NCBI GenBank assembly: GCA_963837175.1
Contig: CAWIMJ010000003.1
Coordinates: 1-64,000 of the forward strand
DNA: 64,000 nt
Source: an uncultured Nitrososphaeraceae archaeon
GTDB taxonomy: Archaea > Thermoproteota > Nitrososphaeria > Nitrososphaerales > Nitrososphaeraceae
Reading direction: 5' to 3'
Shown: positions 12,009 through 23,186 of the stretch, one piece after another
Layout of the letters: each line of letters begins with the position of its first letter
Numbering within the stretch: position 1 is the first letter of the stretch
Program-made: the position numbers and the translations under genes
Notes under the pieces: model-generated
Databases searched by the model: none
What the model was told of the DNA's origin: nothing
The model's input: only the letters and a program-made list of their open reading frames with translations

Positions 12009-12569
12009 TACGATTATTGCAAGCCTAAAACTTTATATTTTTTGTGGAAATAGGACATATTAGTAGCAATATATGAAAATAGCGGCAAGAAAATGCTATT
12101 AACCCAGCCTATCTACCAGTTATAATTCACTATGCTAGGTTATATACAGAATTCATTCAATTGATAATCGTATCATAAAATTATGAATAATTAGAGAAAG
12201 ATTAATAACTAAATTAATCTTATTTGTTGCCAGCTATTCACAATGCTTACTTTGTAATATCTATTTATCAGCTTGTTCATAAATTTACTATTTTCATATC
12301 GCAGTCATCCTCTAGTATACTCTAAAATTTTAGTTTGCTAACATTACTAGAAAATTTAAAAACCTTAAGAAAAGAAACTGGCTTTGAATACTAAAATAGC
12401 CTATATCCAAGTAGAGTTATAGATATATATAAAGCAAAATTACAAAACGCAAATTTTATGAACCATGTATTTTGTTATCAGTAATATTACACCATCCTTG
12501 TAATTCTCAACTACTTAAGGGCTGACATGAACATATTTATTATAAGGGTAAATAATACAATAGCATAAT

Positions 12570-12932
12570 TTGACCGATTTTTCAGTGAATGTGTCTAAAT
12601 GTATAGCTGATTGGGGAAAAAGTGCAGCGGGATGCAGTGGGAATGTGGAGTGTCTGGATTCTTGCGGAAGGCAACTAAGAAAATGCCTCGATGACGTCTT
12701 TCCTTATTCGAAAAAAATTGAACTCGAAACTGATAAGGTTAACTATATATTGTCGTCTTTATTCTTTCTTGCAAATAGGTTGGCTAAGGCAAGCATAGGA
12801 TTGGCGGAATTTGATAACACAATGGCAGGCATACAAAAAATTGATGATATTAATAAGGAAGAAACACAAAACAAAGAGTCATATGAAAGGGCCAGGAATC
12901 AGATTGATGAAATACTAGCAAAATATTTTTAA
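12570..12932 (+). CDS. Hypothetical protein with five clustered Cys
   Basis: 120-aa ORF; TATA-like TTTATTATAA about 30 bp upstream. Confidence 0.6.
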   Translation: MTDFSVNVSKCIADWGKSAAGCSGNVECLDSCGRQLRKCLDDVFPYSKKIELETDKVNYILSSLFFLANRLAKASIGLAEFDNTMAGIQKIDDINKEETQNKESYERARNQIDEILAKYF

Positions 12933-13483
12933 ATAATATTTGAATTCAGCACTAAAATGGTTTAATGTAAAAACGTTAAGGTATTAGTAAGAGAACTTCT
13001 TGATTAGAAAAAGATATTTAGAGCGGAAACTCCTTTTTTTACCGAAAATATTCTTGTATGAATTAAAGATCTATGGCGTTGCTATTAACTGTTAAATCAG
13101 AAGGAGAAGGTTTACTATTTATAAGGGTTTTCAAAAATATTGGTTGCTTGTAATATTATTAGGGACAATAATTAAGAGAAGGAAAATATATAGCAAAACG
13201 TATTTACCACTATACAGCATATACTACTAAGCGATACAAGAGTACTAAATTTATCAGCTGAATTATGTCCTCGGCTATTTTGAATGTTAACATTCAAATA
13301 GTCAAATACTAAATATTTTCGAAAAAAATAATTATTAATCGAAAATGTTTTATGCATGTTATCTATCTCATATGAGTATTATCGCTTTACCTGGCTCTAA
13401 TAATATAATCATTATTCAATGGAATTCTTATCAGGCTCTATTGATATCAATTTATTCCAACACGAAATATCTATAGAAGGTAC

Positions 13484-14050
13484 TTATATAGAAGGCTTCC
13501 ATGCTACATCTTCAATTTCAAGACGTTTATTTACTATCCTAGCCGCAATAAACAGGAAGTCTGAAAGCCTGTTGAGGTAAATTAGAATAGCAGGATTGAT
13601 GATCTGACTTTTCGTTAGTACGGCAACAGCAGTTTCTGCTCTTCTAGCAATGCTTCTAGTTACATGAATAGATGCGGCTTGAATACTTCCTCCAGGCAAT
13701 ATGAAAAACGTAATGGGTTTAAGTTCTTCATCTAATCTATCTATAACCGACTCTAAATGTAATGCCATTTTTTCCTGAATTCGCGGAGTGTGAGATTCAG
13801 TTTCTACAGAATAGTTGGGATCTGCTAAATCAGAGCCAACAATGAACAATTCATTTTGAATCAGTATAAGAATGTCTATTAGATCTGAAAAGAGTTTTTT
13901 ATTCTTTAATAGCGAGATAACCAATCCGACATTTGAATTTAATTCGTCTACATAACCATACGCAATTATTCTAGGATCATCTTTTAACACACGCTTGCCG
14001 CCGATAAGGCCGGTTTCACCTTTATCTCCAGTTCTAGTATATATCTTCAT
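13484..14050 (-). CDS. pduO: ATP:cob(I)alamin adenosyltransferase (PduO type)
   Basis: KIYTRTGDKGET, RRAE and YLNRLSDFLF motifs. Confidence 0.93.
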   Translation of the reverse strand: MKIYTRTGDKGETGLIGGKRVLKDDPRIIAYGYVDELNSNVGLVISLLKNKKLFSDLIDILILIQNELFIVGSDLADPNYSVETESHTPRIQEKMALHLESVIDRLDEELKPITFFILPGGSIQAASIHVTRSIARRAETAVAVLTKSQIINPAILIYLNRLSDFLFIAARIVNKRLEIEDVAWKPSI

Positions 14051-14242
14051 ATTTCACAATGAATGGCAGATCATTAAAAATGCTATTTTATTTGAATTCA
14101 AGTGTCAAGATAGAAAAATCTTAAGAATGAATCTAACTCATACTTAATTCTTGCATGAGTAAGAAAGGTTAATTGATAAAAGTGATATTAAAATGTAGGA
14201 GAACAGTTATACAATATGCTATCTAACCTTAAGCTAATCAAA

Positions 14243-14404
14243 TTAATAGGAATGGACATCAGATTTATGCTCTCGCAGATATTTCTTCTTCTTGAACCGT
14301 TCGTTACATTTTTCGCATTTAAAGGGTCTTTCGAACTCCACAAGAAAACGCTCTTTTCTCTCTGCTGGACTTTCAATAATAGGGTTTGATCCGGTTTCCG
14401 CCAT
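14243..14404 (-). CDS. C2H2 zinc-finger microprotein (53 aa), missing from the ORF track
   Basis: MAETGSN...RPFKCEKCNERFKKKKYLREHKSDVHSY. Confidence 0.8.
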   Translation of the reverse strand: MAETGSNPIIESPAERKERFLVEFERPFKCEKCNERFKKKKYLREHKSDVHSY

Positions 14405-14584
14405 TTTGTTCATACTAGTTACGATAAAAAATGTTTCTATGTTTATTTACCTTAAGTATGATAATTACACTAAACTTATTCTAATTAGTATACTTGTCAG
14501 ATAATAGCTAAATTTTCAGTCTACAATTCATTTATCTTCGTAAGACAAGATTATATAGGATTTATTTAGCTACGTTAGACACAT

Positions 14585-14680
14585 GCCGTCGTAGCTCAGC
14601 CTGGGAGAGCACTCGACCCGATATGTTCGGGAGTGAAGCTGAAGACCGAGCTGTCGTGAGCTCAAATCTCACCGACGGCA
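14585..14680 (+). tRNA. tRNA-Phe(GAA) with a 22-nt intron at non-canonical position 30/31 (14616-14637)
   Basis: GCCGTCG/CGACGGC acceptor stem; CTCGG/CCGAG anticodon stem after splicing; BHB motif with CACT:AGTG helix. Confidence 0.93.
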
Positions 14681-14763
14681 TTTTGAATTGTATTACAAAA
14701 CAAAAATTGTTTATAATCAATTCAAACAATTGAAGACAAATTTAAAATAGAGAAATTTCTATT

Positions 14764-14940
14764 ATGACGATTATTATCAATATGGTTATGCACGCCTTAC
14801 AGCGGATATTTTGTGATCACTCCGAGTCATATTCTTTTAGAAGATACAATGAATTTAATTTTGAGGAGTTTGATACATGTTCTAGATGTGGAAAGACTTT
14901 GAGACAACTAAGAGGTTTTGATGAGGATATTAGAGGCTAA
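14764..14940 (+). CDS. Small putative zinc-binding protein (52-58 aa)
   Basis: IFCDHS...TCSRCGKT; below the ORF-track length cutoff. Confidence 0.6.
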   Translation: MTIIINMVMHALQRIFCDHSESYSFRRYNEFNFEEFDTCSRCGKTLRQLRGFDEDIRG

Positions 14941-14949
14941 AGATATAAT

Positions 14950-15168
14950 ATGATCCGTCTAAGTCTTCAGATCCTAATTATTATCTGGTGGGTAGGAGCG
15001 GCAACTGCTACTGTTGCTCTATTGACTCATCTATATGGACATTATCTCATAATCGGAATAGTTGGGTGGTCTATAATTATCACGACTACTACACTCATTG
15101 TTTATGAGATAAAGAAGATAAAAGAAGAAGATAAAAAGAAATCATCGGCAGAAGATAAGATTAAATAA
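14950..15168 (+). CDS. Small two-TM membrane protein
   Basis: two hydrophobic segments and a charged tail. Confidence 0.65.
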   Translation: MIRLSLQILIIIWWVGAATATVALLTHLYGHYLIIGIVGWSIIITTTTLIVYEIKKIKEEDKKKSSAEDKIK

Positions 15169-15415
15169 TTTCCTTTCCACCTTGTTCTTCTATAACTACC
15201 AACGTCACAGTAGATGTTATTCCCTGTATTTTTCTTATTTTACTTGTTATAGCATGATTCAAACTCTCTGTGTTATCTGATTTTACTTTAACAAAGATGT
15301 CATGAACACCGTATGTTCCTCGTACTTCTTTTACCTCAGTTAATTTTGCAATCTCGCTTATAATATTCTCTTCAGATCCTAAAGTGCAGTTAACTAAAAT
15401 ATATGCAGTAGGCAT
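15161..15415 (-). CDS. Stand-alone Lrp/AsnC ligand-binding (RAM) domain protein
   Basis: AYILVNC..G.E and GTYGVHDIFVKV. Confidence 0.88.
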   Translation of the reverse strand: MPTAYILVNCTLGSEENIISEIAKLTEVKEVRGTYGVHDIFVKVKSDNTESLNHAITSKIRKIQGITSTVTLVVIEEQGGKEII

Positions 15416-15559
15416 TATATCACATGTAATAGTAGGTCAGTATTTTAGTCTTTACTGTTGGAATTTTATTAACTTGAAAGTAGGTCGTTCCGACATCATT
15501 TCATCTAACTCAATTTTGAATGTCTTAGGTTAGCGTTACAATAAATCTGAGTGCATAAG

Positions 15560-16260
15560 TTTGTAAATTTGCACTGTCTTTCTCTTAGCATATTTCCAAT
15601 GTACAATACCATATTTAACTTCTTTAAATTTGGTTTTCATTTGTGTAGGCAGAACAGTATAAAAGAGCTTTTGCGGTTATAATTCTATTAGGATTAGTTA
15701 AAAGTTATTTTGCAGATATACTCATACAATATCTCAGAATGTCAATTAAAGAGCTTTTATCGTGTCCATACTGTACAATTACATTTTCAACTTTGTCTGT
15801 AGCTATTTTAATACTGAGTTCTGGATAATCATATTGGGTTTAATATGGGATTAATTCAATTTTTAATTAAAGTTATTACGGATATTGCTCATTGGACCAT
15901 CTTTTGGCAAGCCAGCAATTTATAACTAGATGGAAAGAATGTGATAACTGCATCTCCCACGAATTTTAACAGATAGCCATCATTGTTTTGAACTATAGAA
16001 GAAATGTCATATGAAATTGTTCTAATTATTATGACCAATTTGTCAACAGGCAAAGTCAGGATCATACTTGAGCCAATTAAGTCTACATACATATCGTGAG
16101 ATCTGAATTTACATGACTATGATCGGGTTTTAAAGTTAAACCATGTTGCTAATACCTGTTTCAAGCTATCCACAGCTTATATTGGGTTTGATCTAATAGC
16201 GTATTTGTATCAACCGTTAATAGTTCCGGATTATCCAAACTATTCCTATTGTCAATCTTG
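15560..16260 (-). pseudogene. Degraded class III adenylate/guanylate cyclase
   Basis: YVDLIGS and GYLLKFVGDAVITFFP in the 15889-16092 fragment; flanking frames broken; boundaries approximate. Confidence 0.7.
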
Positions 16261-16517
16261 TGAATTGATTCATTATTTAGACCATCTACCTCATTTTCTG
16301 ACTCACTTTTCTATTATTGGTACCTTTTGGAGGCGTCAAATTATTATTCATTACTTCTTTTAAATAGCAAAATTTAAACATCATTAGAGATTTAAGCAAC
16401 ATTTCCGTATGTTTTATATTACTAACATAGATCATTAAACTCAAAAATAATGCCACGTCTAGGTTATGTAAACTAATTGCGAATATATATGAGCCATAAT
16501 CATAAGGGAAGAATATA

Positions 16518-17387
16518 ATGAGACTACCTCTCAAAGGTGATGACTATTTTGTCAGAGAAGTAAATGCTGCTTTTGAAAAAATAAGAGGGGCTTATCTAAA
16601 AGCGTTAAAACCGCATATCATGATGAAAAAAATGAACGTAATGTTGGGAGACGGCAGTGTAGTTCAATCAGATACCTTTGAAAAGCACAAAGTAATTTTA
16701 TTTTATCAACAATTGATTAAATCGCTTAATGGATGGGGTACAACAGGCATCTCCAACTCGAATACAGATGACTTGCATCGTTTGTACTGTAATATAGTGC
16801 AAGAAGTTGGCAAATATAATATTCATGGATATTTTGGAATTCAATTTCATACACTCCCTTATTACAAAGTTGATAAACGTGTTATTGAAATTCAAAAAGA
16901 ATTGTCTCAGCTTGCAGATACTGCAACAAATACTTTACAGTCTATAGCTAACAGAGGTAACGAAATAATTCGGAAGGAGTTAGAAAAGATTGGGTATGTA
17001 GAAATCGGATTTGAGGAATTATTATCAAAATTATTTGAAGATCAGAACCTTGTCGCAGATCTAGGGGTTAAAGCATCTATGGTAGAGCAGGAATTCCCTG
17101 AATTTGAAGATATGCATAATAGAAAGACAGAGTTATTTGCCGAATTAAACCTTTTATTAATAGAGCTCTATCAAACATCATCAGTTTTAATTGATTATAA
17201 TAAATTAATGCAAGGAGAAGAAGGAATAGTCACATATTTTGAAATTGAAACAATAAGGAATAAGAGAACAAAAGAAAGAGATTTCTATATTAATACAAAA
17301 AGAGTACTAAAAGAGTCAACAGAAGAAATTCTTAGCAAATTTAATCAAGTTGTAGAGGTGTTTCAGGGAATGGAAAAATTGGCGTAA
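16518..17387 (+). CDS. Hypothetical protein, helical/coiled-coil rich
   Basis: 289-aa ORF with protein-like composition. Confidence 0.75.
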   Translation: MRLPLKGDDYFVREVNAAFEKIRGAYLKALKPHIMMKKMNVMLGDGSVVQSDTFEKHKVILFYQQLIKSLNGWGTTGISNSNTDDLHRLYCNIVQEVGKYNIHGYFGIQFHTLPYYKVDKRVIEIQKELSQLADTATNTLQSIANRGNEIIRKELEKIGYVEIGFEELLSKLFEDQNLVADLGVKASMVEQEFPEFEDMHNRKTELFAELNLLLIELYQTSSVLIDYNKLMQGEEGIVTYFEIETIRNKRTKERDFYINTKRVLKESTEEILSKFNQVVEVFQGMEKLA

Positions 17388-17635
17388 ATAGTCGACAGGT
17401 ATTATAATTAAATAAAATATATTAACAGTATACTGTAATTTTTGTAATGCTATTGTATTATGATGAAGTATATTATTATATAGATTCATATTGTTATTCC
17501 ATGTTCTACAAAATTGTAGGGTCTTAGCTATCACACCTATACATGAGGAGAAGTTTATGAAATAGATTCACTAGAAGAGGAAAAATTGTCTCCAAGAATA
17601 AACTCAGGTTAGTATCTGTAGAGTATATTGTTTTT

Positions 17636-18373
17636 ATGTATAAACAACCTGAATATATTATGAAGTTTGTTAATGTCAAAGAGCCAGGTTTAAAAAAGCC
17701 AATAGTTATTGCTGCAATGCAAGATATGGGGAATGTCGGTACTATTGCAATAGAATTTATTAATAAGAGTCTAAAAACTGCCGTATTTCGCTATGTATCT
17801 TCTTACTATCCAAATTATGTCGTAGATAAAGGCGGATATATTGACTTTGAGCAAGAAAGATGGGAATATCGATATGCTAAGGACACCATAATTTTCGGAG
17901 GAGGAGTAGGTCAACCGCAGACAAATCAGGAACTTTACGAATTGTGTCAAGATGTTATTGAAATCGCTAAAATTCATTCTGCTCAATTGATCTACACCCT
18001 GGGCGCCTTTCATACCGACAGAAAAATAGGTAAACAACCAAAGACCTTCATTACGACTACTTCTCCAGAATTGACTGAACAAGTCAAAAAGCTACGCATT
18101 GAAACAACTCCTCAGTCATCGCTTATTACAGGTTTTAACGGTCTTATACTTGGTTTTGCAAAATTAAATAATATCCAAGGTATTGGACTTTATAGCGAAA
18201 TAAACGAACCACAAATACCACAATACCATTCTGCCAAGAGTGTCTTACAGTTGTTAGAGCGGTTGACTTATCAGAAGCTTGGAGGTTTTGAAGAGCTCGA
18301 TATAATGGCAAATGCGGTCGATGATGAAATACAAAAAAGAACAAAATCCAACCATTCCTGGGACGATTCTTAG
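17636..18373 (+). CDS. PAC2-family (proteasome assembly chaperone-like) protein
   Basis: DMGNVG, IYTLGAF and ITGFNGLILG. Confidence 0.85.
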   Translation: MYKQPEYIMKFVNVKEPGLKKPIVIAAMQDMGNVGTIAIEFINKSLKTAVFRYVSSYYPNYVVDKGGYIDFEQERWEYRYAKDTIIFGGGVGQPQTNQELYELCQDVIEIAKIHSAQLIYTLGAFHTDRKIGKQPKTFITTTSPELTEQVKKLRIETTPQSSLITGFNGLILGFAKLNNIQGIGLYSEINEPQIPQYHSAKSVLQLLERLTYQKLGGFEELDIMANAVDDEIQKRTKSNHSWDDS

Positions 18374-18910
18374 TATTTTACTATTTTTATTGAGTTGTAT
18401 ACTCTAGCAAACTTTCTAATGCTGTCTTTCAAAAATTATATATCTGCATTCTGGAAGAGAATTAGACTATATTCCATATATCTTATTGTTATGATTGTTG
18501 ATTTAATTGATTGCGAAGATTGTCATCATTAGATTTCTAGTCGTTTCAAACCTCTTCTTGCTTGATACGATCAACACATCGAGATTGATAACACGAAGCA
18601 TGTTTTTTATAATTACTAATCTCAAATTAGAACAATCTTACTTCTAATTGATATTAGTTGTTTTATATTCTGATTGTATCTGTTAATTATTTATTCAAAA
18701 TTTGTTAAATTTTAGGATTTTTTTGGTAAATATCTGCCAATTGACATAATCATCCATCATTTTAGATTAATAGAAACGTTGTTTAAATTAAAATTAGTTC
18801 TGGTTTATAACATCTCCAGAGCTGATGATGATAAAAAATCTGCTGAGTAGACCACAATCCTTGTTTTTTTATACTAAAGGGTTAAATCAAATATTTTACC
18901 CTTTGACATT

Positions 18911-19156
18911 ATGGAAGAAGAGAGCAATGGAACGAGTGGTTGGCAAGGTTTGGTGAATAAGCCCGTCTATTCTAGCGATGGGCGGGAAGTAGGGATAGTT
19001 TCTGCAATTCAACCCCAGCATCTTGTTGTTTCATTTGGACCAATAACGCCTGACAAGTATCTTATCCCAAAAGCATCAATTAAAAACGTTGAACGAGGTA
19101 TAGTATATTTAAATGAAAATACGAAGTTTGTTGAAGAGAATTACCGCTTTGAATAA
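18911..19156 (+). CDS. PRC-barrel-like small protein
   Basis: KPVYSSDGREVGIV and YLIPKASI. Confidence 0.7.
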   Translation: MEEESNGTSGWQGLVNKPVYSSDGREVGIVSAIQPQHLVVSFGPITPDKYLIPKASIKNVERGIVYLNENTKFVEENYRFE

Positions 19157-19196
19157 TCTAAATGGTTAAAAGATATACTATCTATTGATTGTTAAT

Positions 19197-19616
19197 ATGG
19201 AGAAGACTTCAATTAACAATCAAAACGTATCATCAAGTTCTGCCTCAACAACGCCCTCAACAAAGTTGAAGATAGCATATGAAACCTTTCTTCGCGAAGC
19301 AGCCACTCTTTTTCCTAAAGTGGACCAAAAGCTGCTTTTGGATATTCTGCAATTTGAAACCACCTACAAAGATTGGGAGGGTAGCGTAATGCTTAAGATA
19401 GTATATCCAGCCACAATATCAGATATAGATGCTAAGAAAGACTGGATATACAAAAAATATCAACGAGTTTCAAACATAGAAGAGGATAGGACTCTCCGAT
19501 TCAAAGGAATACGCATGTATATTGAAGAAATAGATAAATTGCTGAAAGAAGACCCGACTATAGAATTCATTACGGGTTCTGCGACTATGACTCCTTCAGA
19601 TGCATATGCAACTTAA
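19197..19616 (+). CDS. Hypothetical protein
   Basis: about 139-aa ORF from MEKTS. Confidence 0.7.
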   Translation: MEKTSINNQNVSSSSASTTPSTKLKIAYETFLREAATLFPKVDQKLLLDILQFETTYKDWEGSVMLKIVYPATISDIDAKKDWIYKKYQRVSNIEEDRTLRFKGIRMYIEEIDKLLKEDPTIEFITGSATMTPSDAYAT

Positions 19617-20224
19617 CGAATTCTTTCGTAAGAGGAATGAAACTACCAGACTAAAGGATTCATATTGCGATTATTTAATTTCGGATATGAGGTAAAGGTT
19701 AACGGTCCATAAACGACGAAAAATCTGTCGACTTGGGATATAGCCGATTAATGTAAATCAGAGAAGTTAGTCGTGGATACTCCATTAGAATCCCATAGAA
19801 TAGTTATCAATATGATAAGAGATGTAAATAAATTCCATTCAAACGCTAATTTTCCTTATGAATGAAATATTGGATGCAATCTTGCACAATGAACAATAGG
19901 ATAGTAAATATTGAGTTTTAACAGCTATTATAAGAAATTGGTGCAGCAGTTTACTACAAATATATTCTATATCACATGGAATTATTCTTGTACAATCCTT
20001 GAGATATTTGAAAGATACTTGAGACATAGTTATTTTTAGTGTATTAAAGATTTTTGCTTTCGGTAATAGTCCAATAGTTATCCAAAGCTTGCCTTCATTA
20101 GCGAAAAAGAGCTCGATTAGATTCATGGTACCTTGAAATACAGTAAATTGACATTTGCTTTATGTCCAAAACACATCAATATTACCAATGTTCAACTAAT
20201 CAGTAGGTAAGGTGGATATTATTA

Positions 20225-21190
20225 ATGAAAAACGGACTTCTAAAAAGATATAGTAAAAATCCCATATTAATTCCTAATGAATCTAATTGGTGGGAGTCAA
20301 AAGCTGTCTTTAACTGTGCAGCGTCGTATGATGGAGATAACGTACACATGTTATATCGAGCAGTAGGGGAGTACGAAAATTATATTTCAAGAATAGGATA
20401 TGCATCCAGTAAGGATGGTTTTTGTTTTACGAGAAGGAATGAAATTGCTATGTTTCCTATCGAAGAATATGAAAAATATGGAATAGAAGATCCTAGACTA
20501 GTAGAGATTGATCATCAAGCATATATCAGCTATGTTATACTTTCTGGCTATGTACAAGATAGACCCCAAGCATCGACGGCTTTGGCAACAACTACAGATT
20601 ACATTGATTATACTCGACTTGGTATCATAACGAGTAAAGGGTCTGATAATAAGGATGTTGTCCTATTTCCAGAAAAGATAAATCAAAGATTATCTGGTAG
20701 GGAAGAAGAGATTACTTACTTTTTCCTACACAGACCTAGCAGTTGGATCGGTTCCTCATACGGAGTTGATAGACCTAGTATTTGGCTAGGGGAAGGTAAT
20801 TCATTAACAAGCTTCGAAAAGCATACGTTGCTTCTCAAACCAGAGCAGAAATGGGAGTCATTAAAGGTTGGAGCAGGAACACCACCTCTTAAAACAAAGC
20901 ATGGCTGGTTGGTTATATATCATGGAGTAAGTAATAAGAGAGTATATAGTGCCGGCGCGGCAATTTTGGATTTAAGGGAACCTGGTAAGGTTCTTGGGAG
21001 AACAAAAAAGCCAATTCTAGAGCCAGAAGAGCCGTACGAACGATATGGAGATGTAAACAATGTCGTCTTTCCAACAGGTGCCTGTCTCATAGATGGAAAA
21101 TTATTTGTATATTATGGCGGTGCTGACAAAGTATGTTGTCTTGCAACAACAGATTTGGATGATTTAGTGGATTACATTTTTGCAAGTTAA
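20225..21190 (+). CDS. Glycoside hydrolase family 130 (beta-mannoside phosphorylase-like)
   Basis: VFNCAA, EDPR, NKDVVLFPEKI, NVVFP and YYGGAD. Confidence 0.9.
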   Translation: MKNGLLKRYSKNPILIPNESNWWESKAVFNCAASYDGDNVHMLYRAVGEYENYISRIGYASSKDGFCFTRRNEIAMFPIEEYEKYGIEDPRLVEIDHQAYISYVILSGYVQDRPQASTALATTTDYIDYTRLGIITSKGSDNKDVVLFPEKINQRLSGREEEITYFFLHRPSSWIGSSYGVDRPSIWLGEGNSLTSFEKHTLLLKPEQKWESLKVGAGTPPLKTKHGWLVIYHGVSNKRVYSAGAAILDLREPGKVLGRTKKPILEPEEPYERYGDVNNVVFPTGACLIDGKLFVYYGGADKVCCLATTDLDDLVDYIFAS

Positions 21191-21668
21191 TAATTAAAAT
21201 TGAAAGATCAGAGGACTAGCATTTACAAGTCATGATCCGTCTTATATGTAATAAGGATAATTTTGGATAATTAATAAAAAATTACCTTGAGAATACAGAA
21301 AGAAGTCTGTAAAAAAGTGTGCAATAACACTTCTTACAGTAAATATCCTCAAATCAATACTCGAATTATAGTAACATTTTGATTAGACAACAAAAATAGA
21401 GTTAGAAGTCAGAATTAAACAGCCTAATAGGCTAATTATTTTTATTAAAAGCATCTGTTTTGTCACTAATGTTTTAACTTTTAGGACAAATGGAGGATTA
21501 TATTGTAATACTAGCACTTGATGATATGAAAAGAAAGTCACGGTCTTATGAAATAGCGGCATAATAATCAAAAATTGAATGACAATTAACATTGATTTAA
21601 AAAAAATAATAAAGGTGGAGATTGCCATTAATAGGTAATGATCAAAGCACATGTGAGTAGTTAAGATA

Positions 21669-22088
21669 ATGATAAGAGTATATACAGATGCAGCAGGCAA
21701 CCCTCATAACATCTATGGATATTGCATCTTAGAAACAAATGAAGAAAAGTTCATTCGTAGCAAATTTAAACTTGATTCTATAGAAGCAGAATTTTTGGCT
21801 ATTATAGAAGCATTGAATAGTAATACAGTGAGAAAGTCTAAGCAAATAACCATTTATTCTGACTCAGCAAGTATAATTGAGTTTATCAATAGAAAAGCAC
21901 AAACACGTAAGGGGAGTATTGTGCGATTACTTACAATTCAAATCCTAAATATCATAGATAACATGGAAGAGAAACCGTACTTCATATGGATTCCGAGAGA
22001 ACGTAACCTTGCCGGCATACTGATTGAAGATGAAATTCCAAAGAAGATAAATAAGAACCTGCTTTTTAGAGAATCGCTTTTAAGATGA
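21669..22088 (+). CDS. RNase HI-like protein
   Basis: VYTDA, EAEFLAII, YSDS and WIPRERN. Confidence 0.8.
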   Translation: MIRVYTDAAGNPHNIYGYCILETNEEKFIRSKFKLDSIEAEFLAIIEALNSNTVRKSKQITIYSDSASIIEFINRKAQTRKGSIVRLLTIQILNIIDNMEEKPYFIWIPRERNLAGILIEDEIPKKINKNLLFRESLLR

Positions 22089-22438
22089 TTGAACAAAAGC
22101 TATCTTGTTTTATGATGTATGAGATTAAAGAAAGAAAGCCTCAATCTAACAATAATAACATATTGACACGATATATTATCAATCAAATATAATGTATCTT
22201 CTTGTATTATGACTATAACCTAAGCTTAAAGTTTTGATGCAGTTATAGCAGATCAATAATATACACAAGGAATGGAATATTTATTGTATGATTGTTAATT
22301 CAACATTACTTTATATTGTATTATTATTAATAATTAGGAGCTCCGTTAGATCTAACTGTCTTTCAGAGTATTCTTTTCTGTCTAATTAGAGATTGGATCT
22401 CTTGATAGCAAAATTAAAAAATCTCCTATAAATATTGT

Positions 22439-23179
22439 TTATTTATTTTTAAGAAATGCATATACTTTTTTTTTATAGATGGTTTGAAAGCCAATCTTAT
22501 TATAAAAACCGAGGAATCCTTCATTCGCAAATGCCTGGAGAAAAATGAAATTCAATTCTCTTCGCTTTGCTAATCCTAAAGCCACTTTAATCATTTTTGT
22601 TGCTATGCCCTGACCCCTGAAAGCAGGTACTGTTCCTAGACAATAGAGACCAATTAAACTAGATTTATGGAATAAAGCTGCGCATCCAACTGGGTTATTA
22701 GCCTTGTTGTTTAGGAATGATACTAATAAGATGAGTTCTTTAAAATGTGAATTAATTATTCGTTCAACTTCATCCTTCCAATCGAGTACATCAAAGGCAT
22801 GACAGAATACATCGACCCAAATTGGAATTGACTCTTTATCAATTTTGATAACGTCGACACCGTAATTGTCAGATTCAATATTCTTTGTTGTAGATTTTAA
22901 TACTGCCATTGAATCTATTAGAGTGAATCCCTTTCCCAACAACATACGTTCTAGTTTTCTATTCTCGTCAGTGACATATACATAACAGTTTGTTCCTTTG
23001 CTTAAGAAGATTCTAACAGATTCATCTATAGCAGAGCCGGTGTCGCTACAAGTCATATTAGTCAATCGATTGAAAAAGTAATCTTGAGTTAGTTTTTCAT
23101 TAAGTAAAATATCTGCACAATTCCTTATTTTTAGACGCTCTGTCCACAAAGAGCAGAAATAAAATTCATTCGATTCCAT
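22439..23179 (-). CDS. GNAT-family N-acetyltransferase
   Basis: GTVPAFRGQGIA acetyl-CoA motif and FYNKIGF. Confidence 0.88.
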   Translation of the reverse strand: MESNEFYFCSLWTERLKIRNCADILLNEKLTQDYFFNRLTNMTCSDTGSAIDESVRIFLSKGTNCYVYVTDENRKLERMLLGKGFTLIDSMAVLKSTTKNIESDNYGVDVIKIDKESIPIWVDVFCHAFDVLDWKDEVERIINSHFKELILLVSFLNNKANNPVGCAALFHKSSLIGLYCLGTVPAFRGQGIATKMIKVALGLAKRRELNFIFLQAFANEGFLGFYNKIGFQTIYKKKVYAFLKNK

Positions 23180-23186
23180 TCTTCCT

